64,000 nt of DNA from Escherichia coli (lineage in GTDB: Bacteria; Pseudomonadota; Gammaproteobacteria; Enterobacterales; Enterobacteriaceae). This document shows positions 43,132 to 54,465 of the stretch, piece by piece (positions within the stretch are counted from its first letter, which is position 1; each line of letters begins with the position of its first letter). The stretch lies in assembly GCF_044647545.1 (NCBI RefSeq), contig NZ_CP172818.1; one strand, given 5' to 3'. The translations under genes and the position numbers were made by a program. Below the pieces are notes generated by a model that was not told the origin of the DNA, did no database searches, and saw only the letters and a program-made list of their open reading frames with translations.

Positions 43132-44328
43132 TTACTGTGACGGGTTATTCTGTAAGGTCAGCATCAAACCGTCGCGGCGCATCGCTGCAGCTTCTTCTGG
43201 TTTGTGCAGTCTGTCCAGCGCGTCGGCAAGCCATGCGTAATCGTAGGCGTCCGGACGTTGTTTCAGCGCCGCGCGGAAGGCGAGCGATGCTTCCTGCCAT
43301 TCGCCGTGCTTCATCAGCGACTGACCCAGTGTGCTCCACAACAACGGGCGATCGCCCACGTTTTTGATCTGTTGGCGCAGCACTTTTTCCAGCTGTTCCG
43401 GGTTATTGGTTTTCAGACGCGGGATCGGCAGCAGCAGGCGATCGTCATACTGGCGTTTCAGGCCGTCGATGATAATTTGCTGGGCGGTGTCATGGTCATC
43501 ACACTCAATAAGGTGTTCCGCCATTGCCACCTGTAACGCCACCTGATGACGCGTTTTCCGGCTTTGGTTTTTCCACCAGTTACGCAAACCTTCGCTACCG
43601 TTATCGGCACGCGCCTGATCCATCAGGCCAATCCATGCCTGTTGTTCCAGCATTGCACGATGTTCTTCATCGCCAACGTGGGCTTTCGCCATTGATGGGA
43701 TGATATCCAGCAGCGAACTCCATGCACCAGTGCGGATATACGCCTGTTCCGCCAGACGTAATACTTCCGGATGGCGTGGCGTAACTTCCAGCAGCTTATC
43801 AACGCCGTGACGTGCTGCATGGTTTTCATTACGGGCCAGTTGCAGACGTACACGGGTGATTTCTACCGGAATTGTGCCGTTGCCGGCCAGCTCCGCTGCG
43901 CGTTCCAGATGTTGGTTGGCGCGTGCTTCATCACCGCGTTGTTGCGCGGCTTCGGCAGCCAGCAGATAGTTCACCACCGGTTGTTCAGCGTGATCGGCAT
44001 TTTTCGCCATCAGCTTTTCAACTTGCTGATAATCGCCTTCCGCTAGTTTCAGCAGCGCCTGTTCGGTCTGCTTACGGGCACGGCGACGCTTACGTCCGAC
44101 AAACCACCCACGGGTGTGTGCGCCTGTGCGGAAGATCCGCCGCAGTAGCCACTCAATGGCAAACAGCACTACCATCGCCAGAATCAAAATAATCGCCAGG
44201 CCAGTGACGCTGGTTTCGATATTGTAGTTGTCGGTCTGAATCAATACGTACCCCTGATGACCGGCAATCATCGGGCCAACCACGATCCCCGCAATCAGCA
44301 AAACAAAGAGCAATAACACTTTTAGCAT
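43132..44328 (-). CDS. hemY: HemY (TPR protein, heme biosynthesis-associated)
   Basis: 398-aa ORF MLKVLLLFVLLIAGIVVGPMIAGHQGYVLIQTDNYNIETS... Confidence 0.9.
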   Translation of the reverse strand: MLKVLLLFVLLIAGIVVGPMIAGHQGYVLIQTDNYNIETSVTGLAIILILAMVVLFAIEWLLRRIFRTGAHTRGWFVGRKRRRARKQTEQALLKLAEGDYQQVEKLMAKNADHAEQPVVNYLLAAEAAQQRGDEARANQHLERAAELAGNGTIPVEITRVRLQLARNENHAARHGVDKLLEVTPRHPEVLRLAEQAYIRTGAWSSLLDIIPSMAKAHVGDEEHRAMLEQQAWIGLMDQARADNGSEGLRNWWKNQSRKTRHQVALQVAMAEHLIECDDHDTAQQIIIDGLKRQYDDRLLLPIPRLKTNNPEQLEKVLRQQIKNVGDRPLLWSTLGQSLMKHGEWQEASLAFRAALKQRPDAYDYAWLADALDRLHKPEEAAAMRRDGLMLTLQNNPSQ

Positions 44329-44330
44329 GG

Positions 44331-45542
44331 TTATTCTCCTTGCGGCGCGGCTGCCGGAGTATCAGCTTGCGGTGCAGGTGCAGGTGCAGGTGCAGGTGCA
44401 GGTGCAGGTGCAGGTTTAGCTTCCGTTGTCCCTGCTGCCGGTTGTGCCAGCAGGTTACGCACGCGGGTCTGCATCAATTTTTCCAGCATCGCCTGGCTTT
44501 GCAGGGTTTCCGGGAGATCCATCGAGATATTTTGCTGGCTTAACTGGTCCACCTCGTCGAGGAACGCTTTGGTGGTGGCATCATCAGTATCGTAGTAAGC
44601 ACGTACCCAAGTGGAGACATTCTCCAGCGCCTGGCGATAAGTCTCTTCCTGATGACGCGGTACAGCTTGTGCAGCGACCAGCAGGCGAGAGCGAATATTT
44701 TCGCGCAGATAGATATCCTGATTTGGCGCTAACAGCGGTACGGCGGTGTCATCACGACGGCGAATCGTAATGAAGTTGTCCATAAAGTTCTGCCAGCTTT
44801 TTTGCAGATTGATACGCCATTCGCTGATGGAACTGGAAAGCTCTTCACCGTCGGAATCCATCGGCGAACCATCGCTGTCATTATCAGCCAGACGCAGGTT
44901 ATCTACCTGATTTGAAAGCTGATTAAGCTTAAGGATAATGCCGTCATAATCCACCTGCGATACCGCAGAAAGGCTGGCGATATCATCGGTAATTGCCCGG
45001 CGAACGGTAATCAGACTCGGGTCATTCATATCCGCCAGGCTGGCGTCTGCACTTTTCAGCAACGCTGCAGCGGTCGTGACGTCCTGATCGCTCCACAGCT
45101 TCCGTCCGGCGAGTTTCACCAGGAAATCAGCCTGAGCCAGCAGCCAGGTTTTAGCATCGCTGCCGGAAATAGTCGCGACCTTTTGTTGGACTTCATCCAG
45201 CTGTTTTGCCAGCGTTTCTTGCTGACGATTCGCCTGCTCAAGCTGTACAGCTTGTTGCTTGATAATGCCTTCCAGCTCAGCTTTTTGGCTCTCCTGGGCT
45301 TTTTGCAGTGCCGTCAGCTGATTAGCCAGGGCATCGCTGGTGGCAGTCTGATTGACGGCCTGTTGTTTACCCCAGCCATACAAACCGACGCCCGCCGCCA
45401 GAGCAATAGCGATAGCCACCGCGCTGAGAATCAATGCGGTATTGTTCTTACTCTTTTTTTCTGTTGCGACAGGTTGTGACGTGGTGTCCACGGCCTCCCT
45501 GGTCTCTTCAACCACGGCGGAGGTTTTTTCTTGTTCCGTCAT
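44331..45542 (-). CDS. hemX: HemX (uroporphyrinogen-III methyltransferase-like membrane protein)
   Basis: 403-aa [24 protein letters not shown]... ending in a (PA)n tract encoded by a hexanucleotide repeat. Confidence 0.9.
   Translation of the reverse strand: MTEQEKTSAVVEETREAVDTTSQPVATEKKSKNNTALILSAVAIAIALAAGVGLYGWGKQQAVNQTATSDALANQLTALQKAQESQKAELEGIIKQQAVQLEQANRQQETLAKQLDEVQQKVATISGSDAKTWLLAQADFLVKLAGRKLWSDQDVTTAAALLKSADASLADMNDPSLITVRRAITDDIASLSAVSQVDYDGIILKLNQLSNQVDNLRLADNDSDGSPMDSDGEELSSSISEWRINLQKSWQNFMDNFITIRRRDDTAVPLLAPNQDIYLRENIRSRLLVAAQAVPRHQEETYRQALENVSTWVRAYYDTDDATTKAFLDEVDQLSQQNISMDLPETLQSQAMLEKLMQTRVRNLLAQPAAGTTEAKPAPAPAPAPAPAPAPQADTPAAAPQGE
44371..44415. repeat. tandem hexanucleotide repeat (GGTGCA, ~7.5 units) in hemX 3' end
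   Basis: GGTGCAGGTGCAGGTGCAGGTGCAGGTGCAGGTGCAGGTGCAGGT; encodes [17 protein letters not shown] on the minus strand. Confidence 0.9.
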
Positions 45543-45563
45543 TATGGCTTCCTGTTATGAGAG

Positions 45564-46304
45564 TTATTGTAATGCCCGTAAAAGCGCATCGTTGTCAGCG
45601 TTATCGGCGACCTTAATGTCTTGCCAGCCCAGTTCCCGGGCGAGTTTCGCCAAACGCTCACTGACGACCAATAGTCGACAGTGTAGTAACCAGTGCTCAC
45701 GATACCATTGTGGGATCAGCGACCAGAGTTGCTGCAACATTTCACCGCTGGTAACAACGACCGTCGTCACCTCGCGGGATTGCCAGCGCATCGCTTCTTC
45801 TGCACCATCGTAATGGATTGCGCATCGTTGATAACATTCACAAAAAGTGACCTCAGCACCGCGCGCCGTCAGGGTATCCCCAATTAGCTCACGACCGCCA
45901 TTGCCACGTAATATCAGCGCACGTTTGCCCGCAATATTTTGTAATTCAGGTAATTGTAGCAAGACTTCGCTGATTTCCCGATCCTGCGGGTAGAGAATCT
46001 TCTGTCCGCTTACGGTATGTAGTGCCAGTGCGGTGGTGCGTCCAATGGCGAAATAATCAGGTAGTCGGGGCCATTTACGATCTTGCTGATGCAGCTGTGA
46101 TTGGGCAAAAGCAACCGCGTGTTGCGAGAGGGCAAACAACAGATCGCTCTCCCCCAGCGCCGCCAGTTGATCAGCAAGTTGTGGTAATTGTCGACCCGGA
46201 GAAAACTCAATCAGTGGAAAATGCCAGGCCACCTGCCCCAGTGTGCGCAGACGGCTCACTAACTCTTCTCCAGCGGGAGACGGGCGGGTGACAAGGATAC
46301 TCAT
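45564..46304 (-). CDS. hemD: uroporphyrinogen-III synthase
   Basis: 246-aa [37 protein letters not shown]... Confidence 0.9.
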   Translation of the reverse strand: MSILVTRPSPAGEELVSRLRTLGQVAWHFPLIEFSPGRQLPQLADQLAALGESDLLFALSQHAVAFAQSQLHQQDRKWPRLPDYFAIGRTTALALHTVSGQKILYPQDREISEVLLQLPELQNIAGKRALILRGNGGRELIGDTLTARGAEVTFCECYQRCAIHYDGAEEAMRWQSREVTTVVVTSGEMLQQLWSLIPQWYREHWLLHCRLLVVSERLAKLARELGWQDIKVADNADNDALLRALQ

Positions 46305-47242
46305 GCCGGGGCGTCTCCGTTATAGACTTCAGCGAGGATCTCGCGCGCGCCGTTATTCAGTAGCTCTTCTGCCAGCGAAATCCCCATTTGTTCGGCATCT
46401 TGCGGCGCACCGCGGCGTTCACCGCGAATAATCTGCGAACCGTCCGGCGCGCCGACCAGCGCACGCAGCCAGATTTCACCATCAATAAGCTCGGCGTAGC
46501 TACCAATTGGCACCTGACATCCGCCTTCGAGACGGGTATTCATGGCGCGTTCTGCGGTAACGCGCAGTGCAGTTTCGTGGTGATTCAGCGCGGCAAGCAG
46601 CTCGCGAGTGCGTGTATCATCAAGGCGGCATTCAATACCGACCGCACCTTGTCCTACCGCCGGAAGAGAAATCTCGGGTGGTAACGCGGCGCGAATACGT
46701 GACTCCAGACCTAAACGTTTTAGTCCGGCTACGGCAAGAATGATGGCATCGTATTCGCCGTTATCCAGTTTACTCAGGCGAGTGCCGACGTTGCCGCGCA
46801 GGGAGCGGATAATCAGATCCGGGCGGCGTTCAGCCAGTTGGCACTGGCGACGTAAACTGGACGTCCCGACGATACTGCCTGCCGGTAACGCATCCAGACT
46901 TTCATAGTTATTGGACACAAAGGCATCGCGAGGATCTTCACGCTCGCAAATGGTGACCAGCCCCAGACCTTGCGGGAATTCAACCGGCACATCTTTCATT
47001 GAATGTACGGCGATATCGGCGCGATTCTCCAGGAGCGCGACTTCCAGCTCTTTAACAAATAAGCCTTTTCCGCCTACTTTCGCCAGCGGCGTATCAAGAA
47101 TCACATCGCCGCGCGTCACCATCGGTACCAGTTCAACGACCAGGCCCGGATGGCTCGCCATCAACTTGTCTTTGACATAGTGTGCCTGCCAGAGTGCAAG
47201 TGGGCTTTGGCGTGTGGCAATTCTTAAAACATTGTCTAACAT
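46301..47242 (-). CDS. hemC: porphobilinogen deaminase (hydroxymethylbilane synthase)
   Basis: Start at internal Met giving [33 protein letters not shown]... (313 aa); overlaps hemD start. Confidence 0.9.
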   Translation of the reverse strand: MLDNVLRIATRQSPLALWQAHYVKDKLMASHPGLVVELVPMVTRGDVILDTPLAKVGGKGLFVKELEVALLENRADIAVHSMKDVPVEFPQGLGLVTICEREDPRDAFVSNNYESLDALPAGSIVGTSSLRRQCQLAERRPDLIIRSLRGNVGTRLSKLDNGEYDAIILAVAGLKRLGLESRIRAALPPEISLPAVGQGAVGIECRLDDTRTRELLAALNHHETALRVTAERAMNTRLEGGCQVPIGSYAELIDGEIWLRALVGAPDGSQIIRGERRGAPQDAEQMGISLAEELLNNGAREILAEVYNGDAPA

Positions 47243-47628
47243 GCTTGTTACCGTCATTATCATCCGTGGTCCATCCTAACATCCTTGCCAGAGCGATGTC
47301 AGTGTTGTGGTGAAACGTAGACGCCTGCGCAAACCGTAAAATGAGGTCTGGCAGTGGATCCTGACAGGCGTTTCACGCCGTCGTAATAAGGAATTTACAG
47401 AGAATAAACGGTGCTACACTTGTATGTAGCGCATCTTTCTTTACGGTCAATCAGCAAGGTGTTAAATTGATCACGTTTTAGACCATTTTTTCGTCGTGAA
47501 ACTAAAAAAACCAGGCGCGAAAAGTGGTAACGGTTACCTTTGACATACGAAATATCCCGAATGCCGCGTGTTACCGTTGATGTTGGCGGAATCACAGTCA
47601 TGACGGGTAGCAAATCAGGCGATACGTC

Positions 47629-50175
47629 TTGTACCTCTATATTGAGACTCTGAAACAGAGACTGGATGCCATAAATCAATTGCGTGTGGATCGCGCGCTT
47701 GCTGCTATGGGGCCTGCATTCCAACAGGTCTACAGTCTACTGCCGACATTGTTGCACTATCACCATCCGCTAATGCCGGGTTACCTTGATGGTAACGTTC
47801 CCAAAGGCATTTGCCTTTACACGCCTGATGAAACTCAACGCCACTACCTGAACGAGCTTGAACTGTATCGTGGAATGTCAGTACAGGACCCACCGAAAGG
47901 TGAGCTTCCAATTACTGGTGTATACACCATGGGCAGCACCTCGTCCGTAGGGCAAAGTTGTTCCTCTGACCTGGATATCTGGGTCTGTCATCAATCCTGG
48001 CTCGATAGCGAAGAGCGCCAGTTACTACAACGTAAATGCAGCCTGCTGGAAAGCTGGGCCGCCTCGCTGGGTGTGGAAGTCAGCTTCTTCCTGATTGATG
48101 AAAACCGTTTCCGTCATAATGAAAGCGGCAGCCTGGGGGGCGAAGATTGTGGCTCCACCCAGCATATACTGCTGCTTGACGAATTTTATCGTACCGCCGT
48201 GCGTCTCGCCGGTAAGCGTATTCTGTGGAATATGGTGCCGTGCGACGAAGAAGAGCATTACGACGACTATGTGATGACGCTTTACGCGCAGGGCGTGCTG
48301 ACGCCAAATGAATGGCTGGATCTCGGTGGCTTAAGCTCGCTTTCTGCTGAAGAGTACTTTGGTGCCAGCCTTTGGCAGCTCTACAAGAGTATCGATTCCC
48401 CATACAAAGCGGTGCTGAAAACACTGCTATTGGAAGCCTATTCCTGGGAATATCCCAACCCACGCCTGCTGGCGAAAGATATCAAACAGCGTTTGCACGA
48501 CGGCGAGATTGTGTCGTTTGGCCTCGATCCATACTGCATGATGCTGGAGCGTGTTACTGAGTACCTGACGGCGATTGAAGATTTCACCCGTCTGGATTTA
48601 GTACGCCGCTGCTTCTATTTAAAAGTGTGCGAAAAACTCAGCCGCGAACGCGCTTGCGTAGGCTGGCGTCGTGAAGTGCTAACCCAGTTAGTGAAAGAGT
48701 GGGAATGGGACGATGCGCGTCTGGCAATGCTCGATAACCGCGCCAACTGGAAGATTGATCAGGTGCGTGAGGCGCACAACGAGCTGCTCGACGCGATGAT
48801 GCAGAGCTACCGTAATCTGATCCGCTTTGCGCGTCGCAATAACCTTAGCGTCTCCGCCAGTCCGCAGGATATCGGCGTACTGACGCGTAAACTGTATGCC
48901 GCGTTTGAAGCATTGCCAGGTAAAGTGACGCTGGTAAACCCGCAGATTTCGCCCGATCTCTCGGAACCGAATCTGACCTTTATTTATGTACCGCCGGGCC
49001 GCGCCAACCGTTCAGGTTGGTATCTGTATAACCGCGCGCCAAATATTGAGTCAATCATCAGCCATCAGCCGCTGGAATATAACCGTTACCTGAATAAACT
49101 GGTGGCGTGGGCATGGTTTAACGGCCTGCTGACCTCGCGCACCCGTTTGTATATTAAAGGTAACGGCATTGTCGATTTGCCTAAGTTGCAGGAGATGGTC
49201 GCCGACGTGTCGCACCATTTCCCGTTGCGCCTGCCTGCACCGACGCCAAAAGCGCTCTACAGCCCGTGTGAGATCCGCCATCTGGCGATTATCGTTAACC
49301 TGGAATATGACCCGACAGCTGCGTTCCGCAATCAGGTGGTGCATTTTGATTTCCGTAAGCTGGACGTCTTCAGCTTTGGCGAGAATCAAAATTGCCTGGT
49401 AGGTAGCGTGGACCTGCTGTACCGCAACTCGTGGAACGAAGTGCGTACGTTGCACTTCAACGGCGAGCAGTCGATGATCGAAGCCCTGAAAACCATTCTC
49501 GGTAAAATGCATCAGGACGCCGCACCGCCAGATAGCGTGGAAGTCTTCTGCTACAGCCAGCATCTGCGCGGATTAATCCGTACTCGCGTGCAGCAACTGG
49601 TTTCTGAGTGCATTGAACTGCGTCTTTCCAGCACCCGCCAGGAAACTGGGCGCTTCAAGGCGCTGCGCGTTTCTGGTCAAACCTGGGGCTTATTCTTCGA
49701 ACGCCTGAATGTATCGGTACAGAAACTGGAAAATGCCATCGAGTTTTATGGCGCTATTTCGCATAACAAACTGCACGGCCTGTCAGTGCAGGTTGAAACC
49801 AATCACGTCAAATTACCGGCGGTGGTGGACGGCTTTGCCAGCGAAGGGATCATCCAGTTCTTCTTCGAAGAAACGCAAGACGAGAATGGCTTTAATATCT
49901 ACATTCTCGACGAAAGCAACCGGGTTGAGGTGTATCACCACTGCGAAGGCAGCAAAGAGGAGCTGGTGCGTGACGTCAGTCGCTTCTACTCGTCATCGCA
50001 CGACCGTTTTACCTACGGCTCAAGCTTCATCAACTTCAACCTGCCGCAGTTCTATCAGATTGTGAAGGTTGATGGTCGTGAACAGGTGATTCCGTTCCGC
50101 ACCAAATCGATTGGCAACATGCCGCCTGCCAATCAGGATCACGACACGCCGCTATTACAGCAGTATTTTTCGTGA
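47629..50175 (+). CDS. cyaA: adenylate cyclase (class I)
   Basis: 848-aa ORF from a TTG start, (M)[28 protein letters not shown]... Confidence 0.9.
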   Translation: MYLYIETLKQRLDAINQLRVDRALAAMGPAFQQVYSLLPTLLHYHHPLMPGYLDGNVPKGICLYTPDETQRHYLNELELYRGMSVQDPPKGELPITGVYTMGSTSSVGQSCSSDLDIWVCHQSWLDSEERQLLQRKCSLLESWAASLGVEVSFFLIDENRFRHNESGSLGGEDCGSTQHILLLDEFYRTAVRLAGKRILWNMVPCDEEEHYDDYVMTLYAQGVLTPNEWLDLGGLSSLSAEEYFGASLWQLYKSIDSPYKAVLKTLLLEAYSWEYPNPRLLAKDIKQRLHDGEIVSFGLDPYCMMLERVTEYLTAIEDFTRLDLVRRCFYLKVCEKLSRERACVGWRREVLTQLVKEWEWDDARLAMLDNRANWKIDQVREAHNELLDAMMQSYRNLIRFARRNNLSVSASPQDIGVLTRKLYAAFEALPGKVTLVNPQISPDLSEPNLTFIYVPPGRANRSGWYLYNRAPNIESIISHQPLEYNRYLNKLVAWAWFNGLLTSRTRLYIKGNGIVDLPKLQEMVADVSHHFPLRLPAPTPKALYSPCEIRHLAIIVNLEYDPTAAFRNQVVHFDFRKLDVFSFGENQNCLVGSVDLLYRNSWNEVRTLHFNGEQSMIEALKTILGKMHQDAAPPDSVEVFCYSQHLRGLIRTRVQQLVSECIELRLSSTRQETGRFKALRVSGQTWGLFFERLNVSVQKLENAIEFYGAISHNKLHGLSVQVETNHVKLPAVVDGFASEGIIQFFFEETQDENGFNIYILDESNRVEVYHHCEGSKEELVRDVSRFYSSSHDRFTYGSSFINFNLPQFYQIVKVDGREQVIPFRTKSIGNMPPANQDHDTPLLQQYFS

Positions 50176-50214
50176 TGAGCGTGCCGGAAAGCGAGGCTTA
50201 TCCGGCATGCAATC

Positions 50215-50535
50215 TTAGCGGAAACTGACTGTTTCACCCGCTTGCTGCGTTGCCGCCTGTTCCAGCAAATCCCAGAAGGTTTCGCCGCTACGATCGCAAA
50301 TCCACTCATCGCCTTTCATATCAAAATGGTAGCCGCCCTGTTTGGTTGCCAGCCATACCTGGTGCAGCGGTTCCTGGCGGTTGATAATGATTTTGCTCCC
50401 GTTTTCAAAGGTAATGGTCAGCACACCGCCGTTGATTTCGCAGTCGATATCGCTATCGCCATCCCAGTCGTCCAGACGCTCTTCAATGGTCAGCCACAGT
50501 TGATCAGCCAGGCGATGAAATTCACTGTCGTTCAT
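50215..50535 (-). CDS. cyaY: frataxin homolog CyaY
   Basis: 106-aa [43 protein letters not shown]... Confidence 0.9.
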   Translation of the reverse strand: MNDSEFHRLADQLWLTIEERLDDWDGDSDIDCEINGGVLTITFENGSKIIINRQEPLHQVWLATKQGGYHFDMKGDEWICDRSGETFWDLLEQAATQQAGETVSFR

Positions 50536-50582
50536 TGTTGTATCCTGTTTTTAAGTGATGGCGGCAGTATAGCGGTATGGGG

Positions 50583-50846
50583 TCAGGGCTTCAAAGTTTG
50601 CCCGTCTGCGGCTGCGTTACGGCATGATTCATCCGTCAACGGAATAATAATATCTCTATATAGCGAAAGATTGGTCTTTTCATAAGGGCGCAGGTACACC
50701 ACGCCTTTTCCCTGTTTCTGGTAAATATTATGTTCCGGCTCATCAAGCCGACATCCCCATGCCGATGATAAAAACAACGAACAAGACAACAAACAAACCA
50801 CATTGCGATAGTGCATAAAGCCATCCTGGCGCGAGGTGCCGATCAC
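50583..50846 (-). CDS. small hypothetical ORF (87 aa) with hydrophobic N-terminal segment
   Basis: ORF in the cyaY–yifL spacer; no recognisable domain. May correspond to a questionable small ORF annotated in some E. coli genomes. Confidence 0.25.
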   Translation of the reverse strand: MIGTSRQDGFMHYRNVVCLLSCSLFLSSAWGCRLDEPEHNIYQKQGKGVVYLRPYEKTNLSLYRDIIIPLTDESCRNAAADGQTLKP

Positions 50847-51004
50847 GAAACTACCAGCAAAACATAAATCGCCACGTGTAAGCGTTATACTCGCAGCATT
50901 TCCTCACTTTTCAGACTTCATAAAGAGTCGCTAAACGCTTGCTTTTACGCCTTCTCCTGCGATGATAGAAAGCAGAAAGCGATGAACTTTACAGGCAATC
51001 CATA

Positions 51005-51208
51005 ATGAAAAACGTGTTTAAGGCACTCACTGTATTACTTACTCTCTTCAGCCTGACGGGCTGCGGTCTGAAAGGTCCGCTCTATTTCCCGCCTGCAGAT
51101 AAAAACGCACCGCCGCCGACCAAACCGGTAGAGACGCAAACGCAATCCACGGTGCCGGATAAAAACGATCGCGCCACTGGCGATGGTCCATCCCAGGTGA
51201 ATTACTAA
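51005..51208 (+). CDS. yifL: small lipoprotein YifL
   Basis: 67-aa MKNVFKALTVLLTLFSLTGCGLKGPLYFPPADK... with lipobox LTGC. Confidence 0.85.
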   Translation: MKNVFKALTVLLTLFSLTGCGLKGPLYFPPADKNAPPPTKPVETQTQSTVPDKNDRATGDGPSQVNY

Positions 51209-51244
51209 AAGTCAGTTTCTGTACCCGCGTGATTGGAGTAAATG

Positions 51245-52069
51245 ATGCAGTTCTCGAAAATGCATGGCCTTGGCAACGATTTTATGGTCGTCGACGCGGT
51301 AACGCAGAATGTCTTTTTTTCACCGGAGCTGATTCGTCGCCTGGCTGATCGGCACCTGGGGGTAGGGTTTGACCAGCTGCTGGTGGTTGAGCCGCCGTAT
51401 GATCCTGAACTGGATTTTCACTATCGCATTTTCAATGCTGATGGCAGTGAAGTGGCGCAGTGCGGCAACGGAGCACGCTGCTTTGCCCGTTTTGTGCGTC
51501 TGAAAGGGCTGACCAATAAGCGCGATATCCGCGTCAGCACCGCCAACGGACGGATGGTGTTGACCGTCACCGATGATGATCTGGTCCGCGTCAATATGGG
51601 CGAACCCAACTTCGAACCTTCTGCCGTGCCATTTCGCGCTAACAAAGCGGAAAAGACCTATATTATGCGCGCCGCCGAGCAGACAATCTTATGTGGCGTG
51701 GTGTCGATGGGAAATCCGCACTGCGTGATTCAGGTCGATGATGTCGATACCGCGGCGGTAGAAACGCTTGGTCCTGTTCTGGAAAGCCACGAACGTTTCC
51801 CGGAGCGCGCCAATATCGGTTTTATGCAAGTGGTTAAGCGCGAGCATATTCGTTTACGCGTTTATGAGCGTGGGGCAGGAGAAACCCAGGCCTGCGGCAG
51901 CGGCGCGTGTGCGGCGGTGGCGGTAGGGATTCAGCAAGGTTTGCTGGCCGAAGAAGTACGCGTGGAACTCCCCGGCGGTCGTCTTGATATCGCCTGGAAA
52001 GGTCCGGGTCACCCGTTATATATGACTGGCCCGGCGGTACATGTCTACGACGGATTTATTCATCTATGA
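51245..52069 (+). CDS. dapF: diaminopimelate epimerase
   Basis: [25 protein letters not shown]... 274 aa; catalytic Cys motifs (GNGARC, CGSGA). Confidence 0.9.
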
Positions 52070-52773
52070 AGCAACCAGGGGAAGAACTGCAGGAAACACT
52101 CACGGAGCTTGATGACCGGGCGGTTGTCGATTATCTGATTAAAAATCCTGAGTTTTTTATCCGCAATGCGCGCGCAGTAGAAGCGATACGTGTGCCGCAT
52201 CCGGTACGCGGCACCGTTTCGTTGGTCGAGTGGCACATGGCCCGCGCACGTAATCACATTCATGTTCTGGAAGAGAACATGGCGCTGTTGATGGAACAGG
52301 CTATCGCCAACGAAGGCCTGTTTTATCGCTTACTCTACTTGCAGCGTAGTCTCACCGCCGCCAGCAGTCTCGACGATATGCTGATGCGCTTTCACCGCTG
52401 GGCGCGCGATCTCGGCCTGGCGGGTGCGAGCCTGCGCCTGTTCCCGGATCGCTGGCGTTTAGGTGCGCCGTCGAACCACACTCATCTGGCATTAAGCCGT
52501 CAGTCTTTCGAACCGCTGCGTATTCAGCGTCTGGGGCAGGAACAGCACTATCTGGGACCGCTTAACGGACCGGAGCTTCTGGTGGTGCTACCGGAAGCGA
52601 AAGCGGTGGGATCGGTGGCGATGTCGATGCTGGGAAGCGATGCTGATTTGGGTGTTGTGTTGTTTACCAGTCGCGATGCCAGTCACTATCAACAAGGGCA
52701 GGGAACGCAGTTACTTCATGAAATTGCGCTGATGTTGCCGGAGCTTCTGGAGCGTTGGATTGAACGCGTATGA
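52066..52773 (+). CDS. yigA: DUF484-family protein YigA
   Basis: 235-aa ORF translationally coupled between dapF and xerC. Confidence 0.85.
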
Positions 52774-53666
52774 CCGATTTACACACCGATGTAGAACGCT
52801 ACCTACGTTATCTGAGCGTGGAGCGTCAGCTTAGCCCGATAACCCTGCTTAACTATCAGCGTCAGCTTGAGGCGATCATCAATTTTGCCAGTGAAAACGG
52901 CCTGCAAAGCTGGCAGCAATGTGATGTGACGATGGTGCGCAATTTCGCTGTACGCAGTCGCCGTAAAGGGCTGGGAGCTGCAAGTCTGGCGTTACGGCTT
53001 TCTGCGCTACGTAGCTTTTTTGATTGGCTGGTCAGCCAGAACGAACTCAAAGCCAACCCGGCGAAAGGTGTTTCGGCACCGAAAGCGCCGCGTCATCTGC
53101 CGAAAAACATCGACGTCGATGATATGAATCGGCTGCTGGATATTGATATCAACGATCCCCTCGCCGTGCGCGATCGGGCAATGCTGGAAGTGATGTACGG
53201 CGCGGGTCTGCGTCTTTCCGAGCTGGTGGGGCTGGATATCAAACACCTCGACCTGGAGTCTGGTGAAGTGTGGGTTATGGGAAAAGGCAGCAAAGAGCGC
53301 CGCCTGCCGATTGGTCGCAACGCTGTGGCGTGGATTGAGCACTGGCTTGATTTGCGCGACCTGTTTGGGAGCGAAGACGACGCGCTTTTTCTGTCGAAAC
53401 TGGGCAAGCGTATCTCCGCGCGTAATGTGCAGAAACGCTTTGCCGAATGGGGCATCAAACAAGGGCTGAATAATCACGTTCACCCGCATAAATTACGTCA
53501 CTCGTTCGCTACGCATATGCTGGAGTCGAGCGGCGATCTTCGTGGTGTGCAGGAGCTGCTGGGTCATGCCAACCTCTCCACCACGCAAATCTATACTCAT
53601 CTTGATTTTCAACACCTTGCCTCGGTGTACGATGCGGCGCATCCACGCGCCAAACGGGGGAAATAA
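52770..53666 (+). CDS. xerC: tyrosine site-specific recombinase XerC
   Basis: 298-aa ORF with C-terminal catalytic residues ([12 protein letters not shown]...[14 protein letters not shown]); core chromosome-dimer resolution gene, not a mobile-element integrase in this context. Confidence 0.9.
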
Positions 53667-54382
53667 TGCGTTTTTACCGGCCTTTGGGGCGCATCTCGGC
53701 GCTCACCTTTGACCTGGATGATACCCTTTACGATAACCGTCCGGTGATTTTGCGCACCGAGCGAGAGGCGCTTACCTTTGTGCAAAATTATCATCCGGCG
53801 CTGCGCAGCTTCCAGAATGAAGATCTGCAACGCCTGCGCCAGGCGGTACGGGAAGCGGAACCCGAGATTTATCACGACGTGACGCGCTGGCGTTTTCGTT
53901 CGATTGAACAAGCCATGCTCGACGCCGGGCTGAGTGCCGAAGAAGCCAGTGCAGGCGCACACGCAGCAATGATCAACTTTGCCAAATGGCGCAGCCGAAT
54001 CGATGTCCCGCAGCAAACCCACGACACCTTAAAACAGCTGGCGAAGAAATGGCCGCTGGTGGCGATCACCAACGGTAACGCCCAGCCGGAGCTGTTTGGT
54101 TTAGGGGATTATTTTGAGTTTGTGTTGCGCGCTGGCCCGCACGGGCGCTCAAAACCGTTCAGCGATATGTACTTCCTGGCGGCGGAAAAACTCAACGTGC
54201 CGATCGGCGAGATCTTACATGTCGGGGACGATCTCACCACTGACGTGGGTGGGGCAATTCGCAGCGGAATGCAGGCCTGTTGGATCAGACCGGAAAATGG
54301 CGATCTGATGCAAACCTGGGACAGCCGTTTACTCCCGCATCTGGAAATTTCCCGGTTGGCATCTCTGACCTCGCTGATATAA
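53666..54382 (+). CDS. yigB: HAD-family phosphatase YigB
   Basis: 238-aa ORF with HAD motif I ([11 protein letters not shown]). Confidence 0.85.
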
Positions 54383-54391
54383 TCAGCAAAT

Positions 54392-54407
54392 CTGTATATA
54401 TACCCAG
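54392..54407 (+). promoter_or_regulatory. LexA (SOS) box upstream of uvrD
   Basis: CTGTATATATACCCAG fits CTGT-N8-ACAG-like SOS-box consensus, ~60 bp upstream of the uvrD start. Confidence 0.75.
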
Positions 54408-54465
54408 CTTTTTGGCGGAGGGCGTTGCGCTTCTCCGCCCAACCTATTTTTACGCGGCGGTGCCA

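Noticed and set aside
52770-53666. Tyrosine recombinase as a marker of a mobile element
   Set aside because: This is chromosomal xerC in its usual dapF–yigA–xerC–yigB operon; no att-like repeats or cargo genes.
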